Positions 30,827-39,426 of a stretch of DNA of 39,426 nucleotides are shown piece after piece (positions within the stretch are counted from its first letter, which is position 1; the number at the start of each line of letters is the position of its first letter). The stretch covers positions 1 to 39,426 of the forward strand of contig CAZBBK010000056.1 in the NCBI GenBank assembly GCA_964490075.1, written 5' to 3'. Source of the DNA: an uncultured Gemmatimonadota bacterium (GTDB taxonomy: Bacteria > GCA-2686955). Made by a program: the position numbers and the translations under genes. Below the pieces are notes generated by a model, which ran no database searches, was not told where the DNA came from, and saw only the letters and a program-made list of their open reading frames with translations.

Positions 30827-31168
30827 TCAACTCAAGTGGGCGATCTGCCGGCTCGATTCCGGAGTGAAGCGCAGCAACACCTCCAGCAGACGCCGGTGCT
30901 CTGCGGCCCGCGCTCGGTCGTCCAGGAAAAGACGCGCGGCCTCGCCGCGCCAACGCAGCAGCTCGCGTCGCAGAGGCGGGTGCTGCTGCACCGCCACCGT
31001 CAGATCGCTCAGGTTGAGCACCCGCTCATAACAACGCCGCGCCCCCGCTTCGTCCCCTGCCCTTAGCCTCCCCGTGCAGCGGTTCAGCTCGTTGGCGATC
31101 ATCAGAACCTGCTGTGTCAGGCTGAACTGTGCCCAGCGCTCTCGACTCAGTCCCGCGTGCTGGGTCAT
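30827..31168 (-). CDS. Small alpha-helical hypothetical protein, partner of DUF5674
   Basis: 113 aa; RWAQFSLTQQVLMIANELNR...YERVLNLSDLT...RELLRWR; ATGA overlap with the upstream gene. Confidence 0.75.
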   Translation of the reverse strand: MTQHAGLSRERWAQFSLTQQVLMIANELNRCTGRLRAGDEAGARRCYERVLNLSDLTVAVQQHPPLRRELLRWRGEAARLFLDDRARAAEHRRLLEVLLRFTPESSRQIAHLS

Positions 31169-31551
31169 GGCAGAGGCTCGCCACGTCCGATCAGCTCGAA
31201 GGTGCAGTCACGCACCCTGGCGCGGATCTCCGCATCTTCGATGAGCATGCCCGGGTTGCCCCGGGACGGCCGGATGTTGATCAACGAGGTGTACTCGATG
31301 CAGTCTTCCGCACCGAGCCCCGGGTGGTAGTTGGCGCCCCAAAGATCGTGCTGATCGTGTCCGCGTTCGAGCAGGAGCTGTTCCGCGTCGGCGTGCAGCT
31401 CACCTCCCACCGCTACGATCCCGCGCTCGATGTCAACGACGTACTTCACCATGTCGGAGAACCAACAGGCAACCAGACGCGCCAGATCGGGCCCGGGGAT
31501 CGGTCGGTCGGTGATGATGATGCTGGCCCCGGCGGGCTCTTGGCCGGTCAT
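31165..31551 (-). CDS. DUF5674 family protein
   Basis: MVKYVVDIERGIVAVGGELHADAEQLLL...DLWGAN...IEYTSLINIRP pattern recognised from memory; AGGAG RBS; TAGCCT -10-like hexamer at 31581-31586. Confidence 0.8.
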   Translation of the reverse strand: MTGQEPAGASIIITDRPIPGPDLARLVACWFSDMVKYVVDIERGIVAVGGELHADAEQLLLERGHDQHDLWGANYHPGLGAEDCIEYTSLINIRPSRGNPGMLIEDAEIRARVRDCTFELIGRGEPLP

Positions 31552-31626
31552 GGAGGCTCCTGTCGAGTGTGGGCCCCGTCAGGCTACCGTTCGCTCAGCC
31601 CGGTTGGAAGCGCCCAAGTCGGCGCA

Positions 31627-33177
31627 TCAGCCGATCTCGTTCACGATCCCCCGCCCCACGTGCAGCCCCAGCGCGTAGATCGAGATCTGCGGCGGCACCC
31701 CGATCGAGCTCGGGAAGAGCGATCCGTCGGCCACCCAGAGCCCGCGCAGATGATGGTGGCGGCCGGCGCTGTCGACCGCCGCGGCGGCCGGGTCGTCGCC
31801 CATCGGGATGGTGGCCATGGGGTGCACGGCGGCCAGGCGCGGCCCGTGCCGCTCCAGGTCGATGCGCTCGAGCGCCGCGAGCGAATCTCCGCGCTCCAGA
31901 GTGATCAAGGGATCGGTGGGGACGTGGACCCGCCGAGCACCGGCGGCGCGCAGCAAGCGCACGCAGGCGATCAGCCCGTGCAGCAGCTCGCGCCGATCGG
32001 CGGGAGAAGCGTGGTAGTCGATGCGCAGGCCGAGGTCGCCGCGCGGCCGCACCCGCCCCTCGCTCGAATCGTGGATCATCGCCGTCAGCACCGCCAGATT
32101 GTCGTAACGCGCCATGACGCGCCGGTGCTCGGCGCCGAAGCCGGGAATCATGGTGGCGCAAGCCATCGGATGAGCGAAGGCCGGCACGATCCAGGTGCGG
32201 CTGCCCAGGGGTGGGTCGACGCCGCCGGCGCCGTGCGCGGCAGGGAAATCGAGCAGCTCGGTGCACTCATAGCTCTGCGGCACACCGCGCCAGGCACGCA
32301 CACTCTCGTCGAGCTCCCCGGCCACCACCAGGGCGGGGTGGATCCGCAGCGAGTTGCCGGTGGTGGCGGAAGGATCGGGAACGCCGGAGCGCAGCAGCAG
32401 CGCGGCGCTGCCGGTGGCCGACGCGGCCGCGCAGACCGCCGCCGCGTCGATTCGGATCGGGTCCAGCGCGGCACCGGTCAGGGGGTCGAGGGCGACCGCG
32501 TCCACCCCCCTCACACTCCCCGCTTCATGATCGATGCGCAGCGCCTGGCAGTGCGTCAGAACGGTCAATCCGGCATCGATCGCGCCCGGCAGCAGCACCT
32601 TGGCCACGTTGTTCTTGGCGTCGTAGCTGCAGCCCAGCTCGCAATAGCCGCTGCCGTTGCAGCCCGTGCGATTGTGACGCATCCAGGCGCCGCGCCAGCC
32701 GAGCTCGCGGCAGGCGTCCTCCAGAAGCCGGTTGTGAGGATTGCGCCATTCCGGCGGAATGATCTCGACGCCGAGCAGAGCCTCGACCTCGTCGTAGAGG
32801 GCGTTCAGACCTTCGGGGGACAAGAGCTCCAGGCCCCGCCGGCGCCGCCACTCATTCAGGATCGGATCTGGAATCCGCTTGCATAGGTTGAAGTTGTGCA
32901 GGGTCGACCCGCCCACGCCGCGGCCCTGGTGGATCTGCACCGAGCGGTCGTGGCTGGTGCGTGCGCCGGAGTCGCAGAGCAGCCGCGGCAGCATCTGCTC
33001 CTCACGCTGCGTCATGTGCTCGGGCGGGATGAACCCCCCGGCCTCCAGGAGCACCACCTTCAGCCCGCCGGCCACGGTCGTGGCGGCCACGCTTCCGCCG
33101 CCGGCGCCGGAACCGATGACGCACAGATCGGCGCGCATCGTGACCGGCGACTCCAGTCGGGATGCGTCATGGATCAT
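31627..33177 (-). CDS. GMC family FAD oxidoreductase
   Basis: VIGSGAGG, LLEAG, GRGVGGSTLHN, CNGSGYCELGC, VHPMAT, VADGSLFP. Confidence 0.92.
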   Translation of the reverse strand: MIHDASRLESPVTMRADLCVIGSGAGGGSVAATTVAGGLKVVLLEAGGFIPPEHMTQREEQMLPRLLCDSGARTSHDRSVQIHQGRGVGGSTLHNFNLCKRIPDPILNEWRRRRGLELLSPEGLNALYDEVEALLGVEIIPPEWRNPHNRLLEDACRELGWRGAWMRHNRTGCNGSGYCELGCSYDAKNNVAKVLLPGAIDAGLTVLTHCQALRIDHEAGSVRGVDAVALDPLTGAALDPIRIDAAAVCAAASATGSAALLLRSGVPDPSATTGNSLRIHPALVVAGELDESVRAWRGVPQSYECTELLDFPAAHGAGGVDPPLGSRTWIVPAFAHPMACATMIPGFGAEHRRVMARYDNLAVLTAMIHDSSEGRVRPRGDLGLRIDYHASPADRRELLHGLIACVRLLRAAGARRVHVPTDPLITLERGDSLAALERIDLERHGPRLAAVHPMATIPMGDDPAAAAVDSAGRHHHLRGLWVADGSLFPSSIGVPPQISIYALGLHVGRGIVNEIG

Positions 33178-33806
33178 GTGAGCGTGCCCGGGGGCGGCGT
33201 GCCCGGGGGTGCGACCAGGTGGTCGTAGCGGCTCGCGGGTCGCGGCGTGCCGTCCGGTCCCAGCGGCGCGTCATCGGGCGGCACCATCAGCGGCCCGTGG
33301 TAGCCGATCGCCGGCCAGGTGCGCCGATCCTGGTACCAGCCGATCAGGCACAGGTCGCGGATGCCGCCGGCCACCAGGCGCCACGGGTCGCCGGCCGCGT
33401 TCAGCTCGCTCAGCAGCCGCGCCCGTTCCGGGGCGCTCAGCCGCGTGAAACGACGGGCGCGCAGGCGCATGAAGGTGGCGTGCTCGATCACCCAGATCAA
33501 CCCGTGGATCTCGCGCCGCAAGGGCGCCGGCAGCGGAAGCAGATAGCGGTCGACGTTGGCGGCGACCTCCAGGGCCGAGGGGCCCTCGCCCAGCTCCGCT
33601 CCGGGCCGCTCCGGCAGCAACGCCTCGGCGGCGGCGGCCACCAGCTCCGCCTCCCAGTCCCGCAGCACGCGCCCCCGCCAGCCCGGAAAGCGCCGATAGC
33701 CGCTCAGTCGATGGCCGAGGCCGAGCGCCAGTCCGGCCAATCCCGCGAGCGCCAGGAAACGGCGCCGGGGGATCGGGGACTTCGTGGCGGGTGGATCGTG
33801 TCCCAT
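33174..33806 (-). CDS. Tat-exported small subunit, gluconate 2-dehydrogenase subunit 3-like
   Basis: PRRRFL twin-arginine motif plus hydrophobic stretch; RFTRLSAPER...LL; GWY...W.AIGYHGP; ATGA overlap with the GMC gene. Confidence 0.78.
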   Translation of the reverse strand: MGHDPPATKSPIPRRRFLALAGLAGLALGLGHRLSGYRRFPGWRGRVLRDWEAELVAAAAEALLPERPGAELGEGPSALEVAANVDRYLLPLPAPLRREIHGLIWVIEHATFMRLRARRFTRLSAPERARLLSELNAAGDPWRLVAGGIRDLCLIGWYQDRRTWPAIGYHGPLMVPPDDAPLGPDGTPRPASRYDHLVAPPGTPPPGTLT

Positions 33807-33854
33807 GGCGGGGCTGGAGCGGGGGAGAATCTGGCGCTGCTCGAAGCTCCCAGA

Positions 33855-35409
33855 CTACCGCAACCAGCCCGCGTTGCCCGGCCCACCGTAGGCGCCCATG
33901 TCGGAAGGGGAGCCGTTGGGAGCCCAGTCGGGCCAGCGCGGGTGCCAGTCGGAGATTCCGTCCTCGAGCGCGGGATCGCCGGCGTCGACGCAAGGAGAGA
34001 GCGGATCGAGCAGCTGGTCGAAGCCGCGCCAGGAGCGGAAGAGCGGATCGGCGTCGATATTGCCCTCGCCGGGGTAGCCGCCTGCCACGTCGCTGTGAGT
34101 GATCGCGAGATCTGGGTCGTCCGGATCGACGTAGAGCTCGTTCGGCGCATCGCCCCAGAGGATGCAGTTGGTCAGGGTCGGGGTCGACCCGTGAGAGGAG
34201 CACGCACCCCCGACGCCAAAAGTCGCCAGATTGCCCGTGATCGTGCAGTTCGCCAGCGTCGGCGAGGAGCCGTACGAGCAATCGAGCCCGCCTCCCCGAT
34301 ACTCCGCTTCGTTGTCGCTGATCACACAGTTGGCCAGGAGCGGCGCGGACGAGCTCCAGCAGCAGACGCCGCCTCCGAAGTCGACGGCGAAGTTCAACGC
34401 GATTCGGCAGTGGGTCAGCACTGGAAACGAGTCGTCGAGGCAGAAGACACCGCCGCCGGTCATGGCCGCGTTTCTCACGATCGTGCAGCTCGTCAGGGTC
34501 GGCGAGGACTCATCGCAGAAGAGTCCACCGCCGAGATAGGGCGACTGGTTGCGCGCGATCCTGACAGCGGATCAGGGTCGGCGAGGAGCTGTCGCAGTGC
34601 AGCCCGGCGCCACCGTTGTACCAGTCGATCCAGTTGTCGGTGATCGTGCAGTCTGTCAGCGTCGGCGACGAACCCGAGGCACACGCCACTCCGCCCCCCC
34701 AGTCGGCCGAATTGCCCGAGACGACACATTTGGTCAGGGTCGGTGAGCTCTCATGACAAGAGATCCCGCCCCCGAAATGGTCCGCGCCCGAGGCCGAGTT
34801 GTCGGAGATCGTGCAGCTCGTCAGGACCGGCGAGCTGAGCTCGCATGCAAGCCCACCCCCGCTCTCGTAGGCCGAGTTGTTCTCGATCGTGCAGCTCGCC
34901 AGCGACGGCGCTGAATGGTCGCCGCAGTAGAGCCCGGCGCCGCGACCGTTGCGCCCCAGGGTGCGGTTGTCGCGAATCACGAGGAAGGAGAGCGTGGGAG
35001 ACGAGCCGCCCGAGCAGAACACACCGCCGCCAGCGGTGCTCGACTCGCCGCCGACACCGCTGAGAAAGACCGTCCCGGTGCCTTCGCTCAGGGTCAATCC
35101 AGTGAGCACCGAGCTCGAATCCTCTCCCGAATCGAAGCGCACCACACTGGCCGGGTTCTCTTCGGTCGCGTCGGCCTGCACCACGGTGCTCGCGACGACT
35201 CCGGGGTCCTCCGGCGCGATGCTAGTCACCGTGATCCCTTTGCCGAGAAAGTCGAGCTCCTCGACATAGGTGCCGGGCTGAACCAGCACCGTGTCTCCCT
35301 CGTTCGCGGCATCGATGGCGGCCTGAATCTGTGAATGGTCTCCCGGCACGTGGATGGTCGCGGCCTGGGCACCGGCGGCAAGAAGCAGTGAAGCGGCGAG
35401 ATGTGACAT
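33855..35409 (-). pseudogene. Secreted right-handed parallel beta-helix repeat protein, split by one extra base near 34560-34566 (pseudogene or assembly error)
   Basis: Signal peptide; TIHVPGD...IQAAID...GDTVLVQPGTY; ~11 GGG.xC..SSPTLTxCTI..N repeats that continue across the break (TLIRC|IARNQSPYLGGGLFC); C-terminal SPCVDAGDP...DMGAYGGP. Removing 1 nt gives 517 aa. Confidence 0.85.
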
Positions 35410-35522
35410 GACTCCCCCTGGTGATGGGTGGCGATGGCGACGAGGATGGGGACTCGATGCGTCGCGTAGTGCCCATCTGATGGCACGAAGGAGCGTTCCG
35501 TTACATCGTAACTCCCCGCTCG

Positions 35523-35642
35523 ATGGAGACCGCGCTGATCTTCATGCTCCTGATCCTGGTCCAGCCCGGAACCTACGACGAAGCGATCGATTTCAGAGGC
35601 AAAGGGATCGCCCTGACGGGAGGCGCGCGGGCCGGGCGGTAG
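35523..35642 (+). pseudogene. 39-codon ORF containing an inverted paralogous fragment of the beta-helix gene N-terminus
   Basis: METALIFMLLILVQPGTYDEAIDFRGKGIALTGGARAGR versus VLVQPGTYVEELDFLGKGITVT in the neighbour; 48/66 nt identical by hand count. Confidence 0.7.
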
Positions 35643-35921
35643 TTCGGTGCGGGGGTGCTCTGAACGCCCGCGGACCCGAAGCCCGCTATCGGGACTGTCG
35701 AATTCTCGCAGGGCGAGCATCTGGACCGGCTCACCCTCTCTTCGCGGACACAATGCGCAGCCGGCTATCCGTCAGACCAGTCGACCTCGAGGCGGCGGAA
35801 CGCGGGTCCGGAAGTTGTACGGCGGGCGCAAATCCTGCCGAAAAACCCCCCATGCGCTAGACTGGTGCGGGATGTTCGAGCATCTGAGAATCAGCCCCCC
35901 CTTCCCCTGTGGGATGATGCA

Positions 35922-36942
35922 ATGAGATTCGGCAACCGAACCAGATTGGTCTTGGGGTTGTGCGTCGCCGCAACCCTGCTGGCCGCCGCCGAGGGCGCAT
36001 CACGCCTGGCCGGAGACCCCCGGGTCCGCGAAGATGCCCTGCTCATAGGCGGCGAGCCCGAGTGGAACTCCCAGCGCGAGTACGACCCGCTCCTCTACTG
36101 GCGTTTCAAACCCAACACCAGCATGGGGAAGGTGACCACCAACTCCCTGGGCCTGCGCTACGCCGAGATCAACGGGTCCAAAGACGGCGAGTACCGTGTG
36201 CTCTCGCTGGGCGAATCGACCACCTTCGCGGGCCGGTCTGGAGTACGACGAGAGCTACTCGGCCCGGATCGAGGAGATGTTCGGCAACGTCGCCGGCAAG
36301 CGCCTGCGGGTGATCAACGCCGGCGCTCCCGGCTACACCACCTACCAGGCCTACGCCTTCCTGCGCTACTACTCCGACGCGATCGCCCCCGACGCGGTGC
36401 TGCTCTACTGCGGGATCAACGACTACCTCCCAGTGACCTATCTGCAGCGCCGTGCCAAGGGCGCCGCCGTCATCACCGAACCGCTCACCGACTGGCAGCT
36501 GCACCGGAGAAGACGCGCTCCGCGCGCCCGGATCCACCAGTGGCTGCACGACGAGCTCAATCTCTATCGCATCCTCTTCAAGCTGATCGGCGGCCACCCC
36601 GCGGGCCGCCGCAAGGGCCAGCTGCGCGCCAAGAGAGACCAAGCGCGGGTGCCTGACACGGAACGCGAGATGCTGCTGGACAAGATCGTGGCGCTCTGCG
36701 AGCAGCGCGGCATCGAGCTGGCGATCATCATCCCCTGGTATGTCGAATTCGAGACCCATATCCCGCTGCTGCGCCGCTTCGCGCTCACCCGCGACGTGCC
36801 GCTGGTCGACCTGCCCGTGGAGTTCTGTGATCTGCCCGGAGAGCGGATCCAGTATTTCCTCGATCCGGTGCACCCGAATGCCGAAGGCCATCGGTTGATG
36901 GCCGAGCGGATCGCGCAGGTGGTGAAGCCGCGCTGGAAGTAG
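35922..36942 (+). pseudogene. SGNH/GDSL hydrolase family protein, split by one extra G at 36230-36232 (pseudogene or assembly error)
   Basis: N-terminal TM/signal; TNSLGLR, LGESTT (block I); after the shift VINAGAPGY (II), GINDY (III), DPVHP (V). Removing one G gives 339 aa. Confidence 0.85.
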
Positions 36943-36948
36943 AACCCT

Positions 36949-39039
36949 CTACCGCGCCCCCTCCGCCACACTGCGCCGCCACTCCCAGATCGCCCCGTCG
37001 CCGGTCGTGCCGCCCAGCACGCGCCCGTCGTCGAGAGCGATCAGGGCGGTCATCTCGTTGGCGCCGGGCATGGCGCTGGTGGGATCCCAAGTGTCGCCGG
37101 CATCGGTCGAAATCCAGGCCGGGCTGCCGCCCGAGGGTTGGGTGCCGGCGAAGAGCCAGCCCGCGTCGTTCTCGGCCAGGTCGTAGGCGAAATTGTCGGC
37201 GTGCTCGCCGCGCTGGAAGGGGTGCTGAAGCTCCCAGTCGACACCGCCGGAGTTGCTCATCACGAAGCCCCCGGTCTCGCCGTGGGCCCAGCCCATGCCC
37301 CACAACAGCCCGGCTGAGTCGCGCATGAAGTGGATGACGGTGGCGAGGGTCGGCGCCTCGGGGTAGTCGGGCATCGAAATGGCCCACGAGCTGCCGCCGT
37401 CGGTGCTGTAGTGAACGCCACCGCCGTAGGTGCGGCTGCCGGCCCAGATGGTGCCGTCGTCCTCTTCGTGGAGGGCGGTGACGGCGCTGGCCACCATGGC
37501 GAGCGGAGCCAGGGCGCTCCACGTGGCGCCCTCGTCGGTCGACTTGAAGATCCGTCCCGTGCTCTTCTCGAAGAAGCTGGTGGCCAGGGTCTCGGGGGCG
37601 ACGCCGACCAGCAGATCGCCGGAGTCTAGCTCCTCGATCGAGCGCACGGCGGTGACCCACGAGGGCAGGGCGCCGAGAGCGCTCCACGAGAAACCGGCGT
37701 TGGTGCTCTGAAAGAGAGTGCCGTTCGGGTAGGTGCCGACCAGCAGGCGGCCGTCGGCGCGCTCCAGGAAGGAGTAGACGCGCATCACGGTGGGGGAGAC
37801 AGGGCGCCGGTTCCAGGTGTAGCCACCGTCGAAGGAACGGAACACGAAGCCCTCGTCGGAGGTCGAGGCGAGCAGCACGCCGCCCGAAGTCTCGTAGAGA
37901 TCCTCGACGATGCGCGCCCCGGGCAAGTTGGCGATGCGCTCCCAGCGTCCCGGCGGCGTGATGGCGGCGTCGGAGACGGCGGAGCGGCGGCCGACCAGAC
38001 GGCGCAGGCGCGCCAGGCGGGTGTCGCCCGCCAGCGAGGGGGTGCGCTCGGCGCCGGCGGCGGTGCCGATCGTCGTGCTCCAGATGTCCTCGGCCCCCTT
38101 GCCCCCCTCGCAGACGCCGCTGGCGATCAGCACCTCGGTCTCCGAAACCCAGGCTGCGCTGCAGGCCGGCTTGTAGTTGTTGACCGGCGCCGGGACCGGC
38201 TCGGGGATCGACCAGGTGCCGGCGACCCGCTCGGAGATGTAGAGGTCGGTCTCGCCGTAGTCGAGCGAGGGGCGGGAGCCGGCGAAGTCGGAAAAGAGCA
38301 GGTAGCGGCCCGAGGGTGAGATCGCCGGGCGCACCTCGGAGCCGGTGCTGTTGGGGCCGGCGCCGAGATTGGTCAGGGAGTCGGCGAAGTCGCCGCTCAG
38401 GCGGCAGACCCAGATGTCGTAGCCGCCGCCGAGGCCGCCGGGGCGGTTGGAAGCGAAGTAGATCTCGGACAGGTCGGGGGTGAGTGACGACGCGCCGTTG
38501 GCCTTGCCGAGCGGCAGATTGTTGATCTCGCCGAAGAGCTCGACCGGGGTCGTCCACTCGGAACCGATCCGGTCGGCGACGTGGATCTTGCCGCCTTGGG
38601 TGGTGAACAGGCGGGTGCCGTCGGCGGCCACGCAGGGGTGGTTGTGGCCGGTGAACTTGAGGGGGTCGAGGGCGTGCAGGTTGGTCCACTCGGCGCCGTC
38701 CCACTCGGTCTCGTAGATGTAGAAGCGGTCGGTGGTGTGGTTGACCGGGTCGTAGGCCGGGCCGGTGTTGGGGGTCGACTCGAAGAGGGCCAGGTTGCCG
38801 TCGGCGGTGATCGTGGGGCGGCAGTCGGAGTTGTAGTCGCTGATCCCCTCGACGGTGCGCGGAAAGGACCAGAGGGGCGGAATGGCGAGCGCGGCCGGGG
38901 CATCCGGGACGCCCTCGCGCAGGGCGCGGGTCACCAGCGGGCGGACCACCTGGCTGGAGCCGCTCGGGCAGGGCAGCGCGGGCGGAGTGAGCACGAGCAG
39001 GGCGGCGGCGAGGAGAGGGCGGCGATCGATTCGCGGCAT
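36949..39039 (-). CDS. Secreted two-propeller protein: PD40/TolB-like repeats followed by BNR/Asp-box repeats
   Basis: Signal peptide; SLTPDLSEIYFASNRPGGLGGGYDIW, PAISPSGRYLLFS; Asp-boxes RSFDGGYTW, QSTNAGFSW, KSTDEGATW, YSTDGGSSW, ISTDAGDTW. Confidence 0.85.
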   Translation of the reverse strand: MPRIDRRPLLAAALLVLTPPALPCPSGSSQVVRPLVTRALREGVPDAPAALAIPPLWSFPRTVEGISDYNSDCRPTITADGNLALFESTPNTGPAYDPVNHTTDRFYIYETEWDGAEWTNLHALDPLKFTGHNHPCVAADGTRLFTTQGGKIHVADRIGSEWTTPVELFGEINNLPLGKANGASSLTPDLSEIYFASNRPGGLGGGYDIWVCRLSGDFADSLTNLGAGPNSTGSEVRPAISPSGRYLLFSDFAGSRPSLDYGETDLYISERVAGTWSIPEPVPAPVNNYKPACSAAWVSETEVLIASGVCEGGKGAEDIWSTTIGTAAGAERTPSLAGDTRLARLRRLVGRRSAVSDAAITPPGRWERIANLPGARIVEDLYETSGGVLLASTSDEGFVFRSFDGGYTWNRRPVSPTVMRVYSFLERADGRLLVGTYPNGTLFQSTNAGFSWSALGALPSWVTAVRSIEELDSGDLLVGVAPETLATSFFEKSTGRIFKSTDEGATWSALAPLAMVASAVTALHEEDDGTIWAGSRTYGGGVHYSTDGGSSWAISMPDYPEAPTLATVIHFMRDSAGLLWGMGWAHGETGGFVMSNSGGVDWELQHPFQRGEHADNFAYDLAENDAGWLFAGTQPSGGSPAWISTDAGDTWDPTSAMPGANEMTALIALDDGRVLGGTTGDGAIWEWRRSVAEGAR

Positions 39040-39426
39040 TTGGCGCTCCGGGGCGGGGATGTATCAGCTAGAGCCTAACCGGGCGGAAGTCTTGCCATTT
39101 CTTCGGATCGGCGCGGCCCGCGCGGAAATTCAGGGTCGCGGTGCGGGATCCTCGGATCGGAAGTCGAGGATGGGCCCCCTTCGGGGGACAGACTGTGGCC
39201 CGGCCCCGTTGCAGCATGCGGCATCGCCCCAGGCGTGTGGGCGGCATCCGAGCGAATCGATCACGCGCTGGAGCATGCGGGCGGCGGGGCGGCGGCGGGC
39301 ACCGGTGGCGGCAGAAGCCTGGCGGCGGTCCGCGAGGAGGCGCGGGAAACTAACCGCAGAGAGCGCTGAGGGTTCGCGCGAGAATACTGTCATGCTCCCA
39401 CAATTCCTGCCGCAAATCGGGCCAGA

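Noticed and set aside
35519-35555. Fluoride-riboswitch-like GATGGAG...GCTGAT...CTCCT
   Set aside because: The P1 stem cannot form, the spacing is wrong and no fluoride-related gene follows.
35224-35618. Diversity-generating retroelement TR/VR pair
   Set aside because: Mismatches are not adenine-specific, the repeat is at the N-terminus and inverted, and no reverse transcriptase is present.
39130-39393. 87-aa minus-strand ORF as a gene
   Set aside because: Arg/Pro/Ala-rich with no motif or clear RBS; it cannot be supported at the window edge.

Overview
High-GC bacterial chromosomal window, probably from a metagenome-assembled genome (lineage cannot be assigned from the sequence). It has about 29 protein-coding loci and no recognisable rRNA, tRNA, CRISPR array, transposase or prophage. 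Left part: a SAM methyltransferase and a TRAM-less RlmD/RlmC-family RNA methyltransferase (minus strand). These are followed by a tightly coupled plus-strand operon: selenium-dependent-type xanthine dehydrogenase-family Mo-hydroxylase, SsnA-like amidohydrolase, two different fold-type-II PLP enzymes and a soluble TPR hybrid histidine kinase. The operon looks like a variant purine/urate-catabolism module. Middle: a secreted beta-propeller protein, murJ, nfo, an AEC transporter, tdk, a secreted acidic protein, a single-chain REC-PP2C-STAS (RssB-RssC-like) fusion, oligopeptidase B, a macrodomain protein, a PIG-V-like GT-C glycosyltransferase, an SDR, a GST and a ClC-CBS-TrkA_C transporter. Right part: a coupled DUF5674 + small helical protein pair, a Tat small subunit + GMC oxidoreductase pair, two genes each broken by one extra base (beta-helix protein, SGNH hydrolase) and a PD40/Asp-box secreted protein. 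Non-coding structure: a ~100-bp MITE-like inverted repeat upstream of the ClC gene, a 3x51-bp hairpin-bearing tandem array and a G-run tract upstream of murJ, an inverted paralogous fragment of the beta-helix gene, and leaderless-type -10 boxes. All family calls are from motif recognition by eye; no database search was run.
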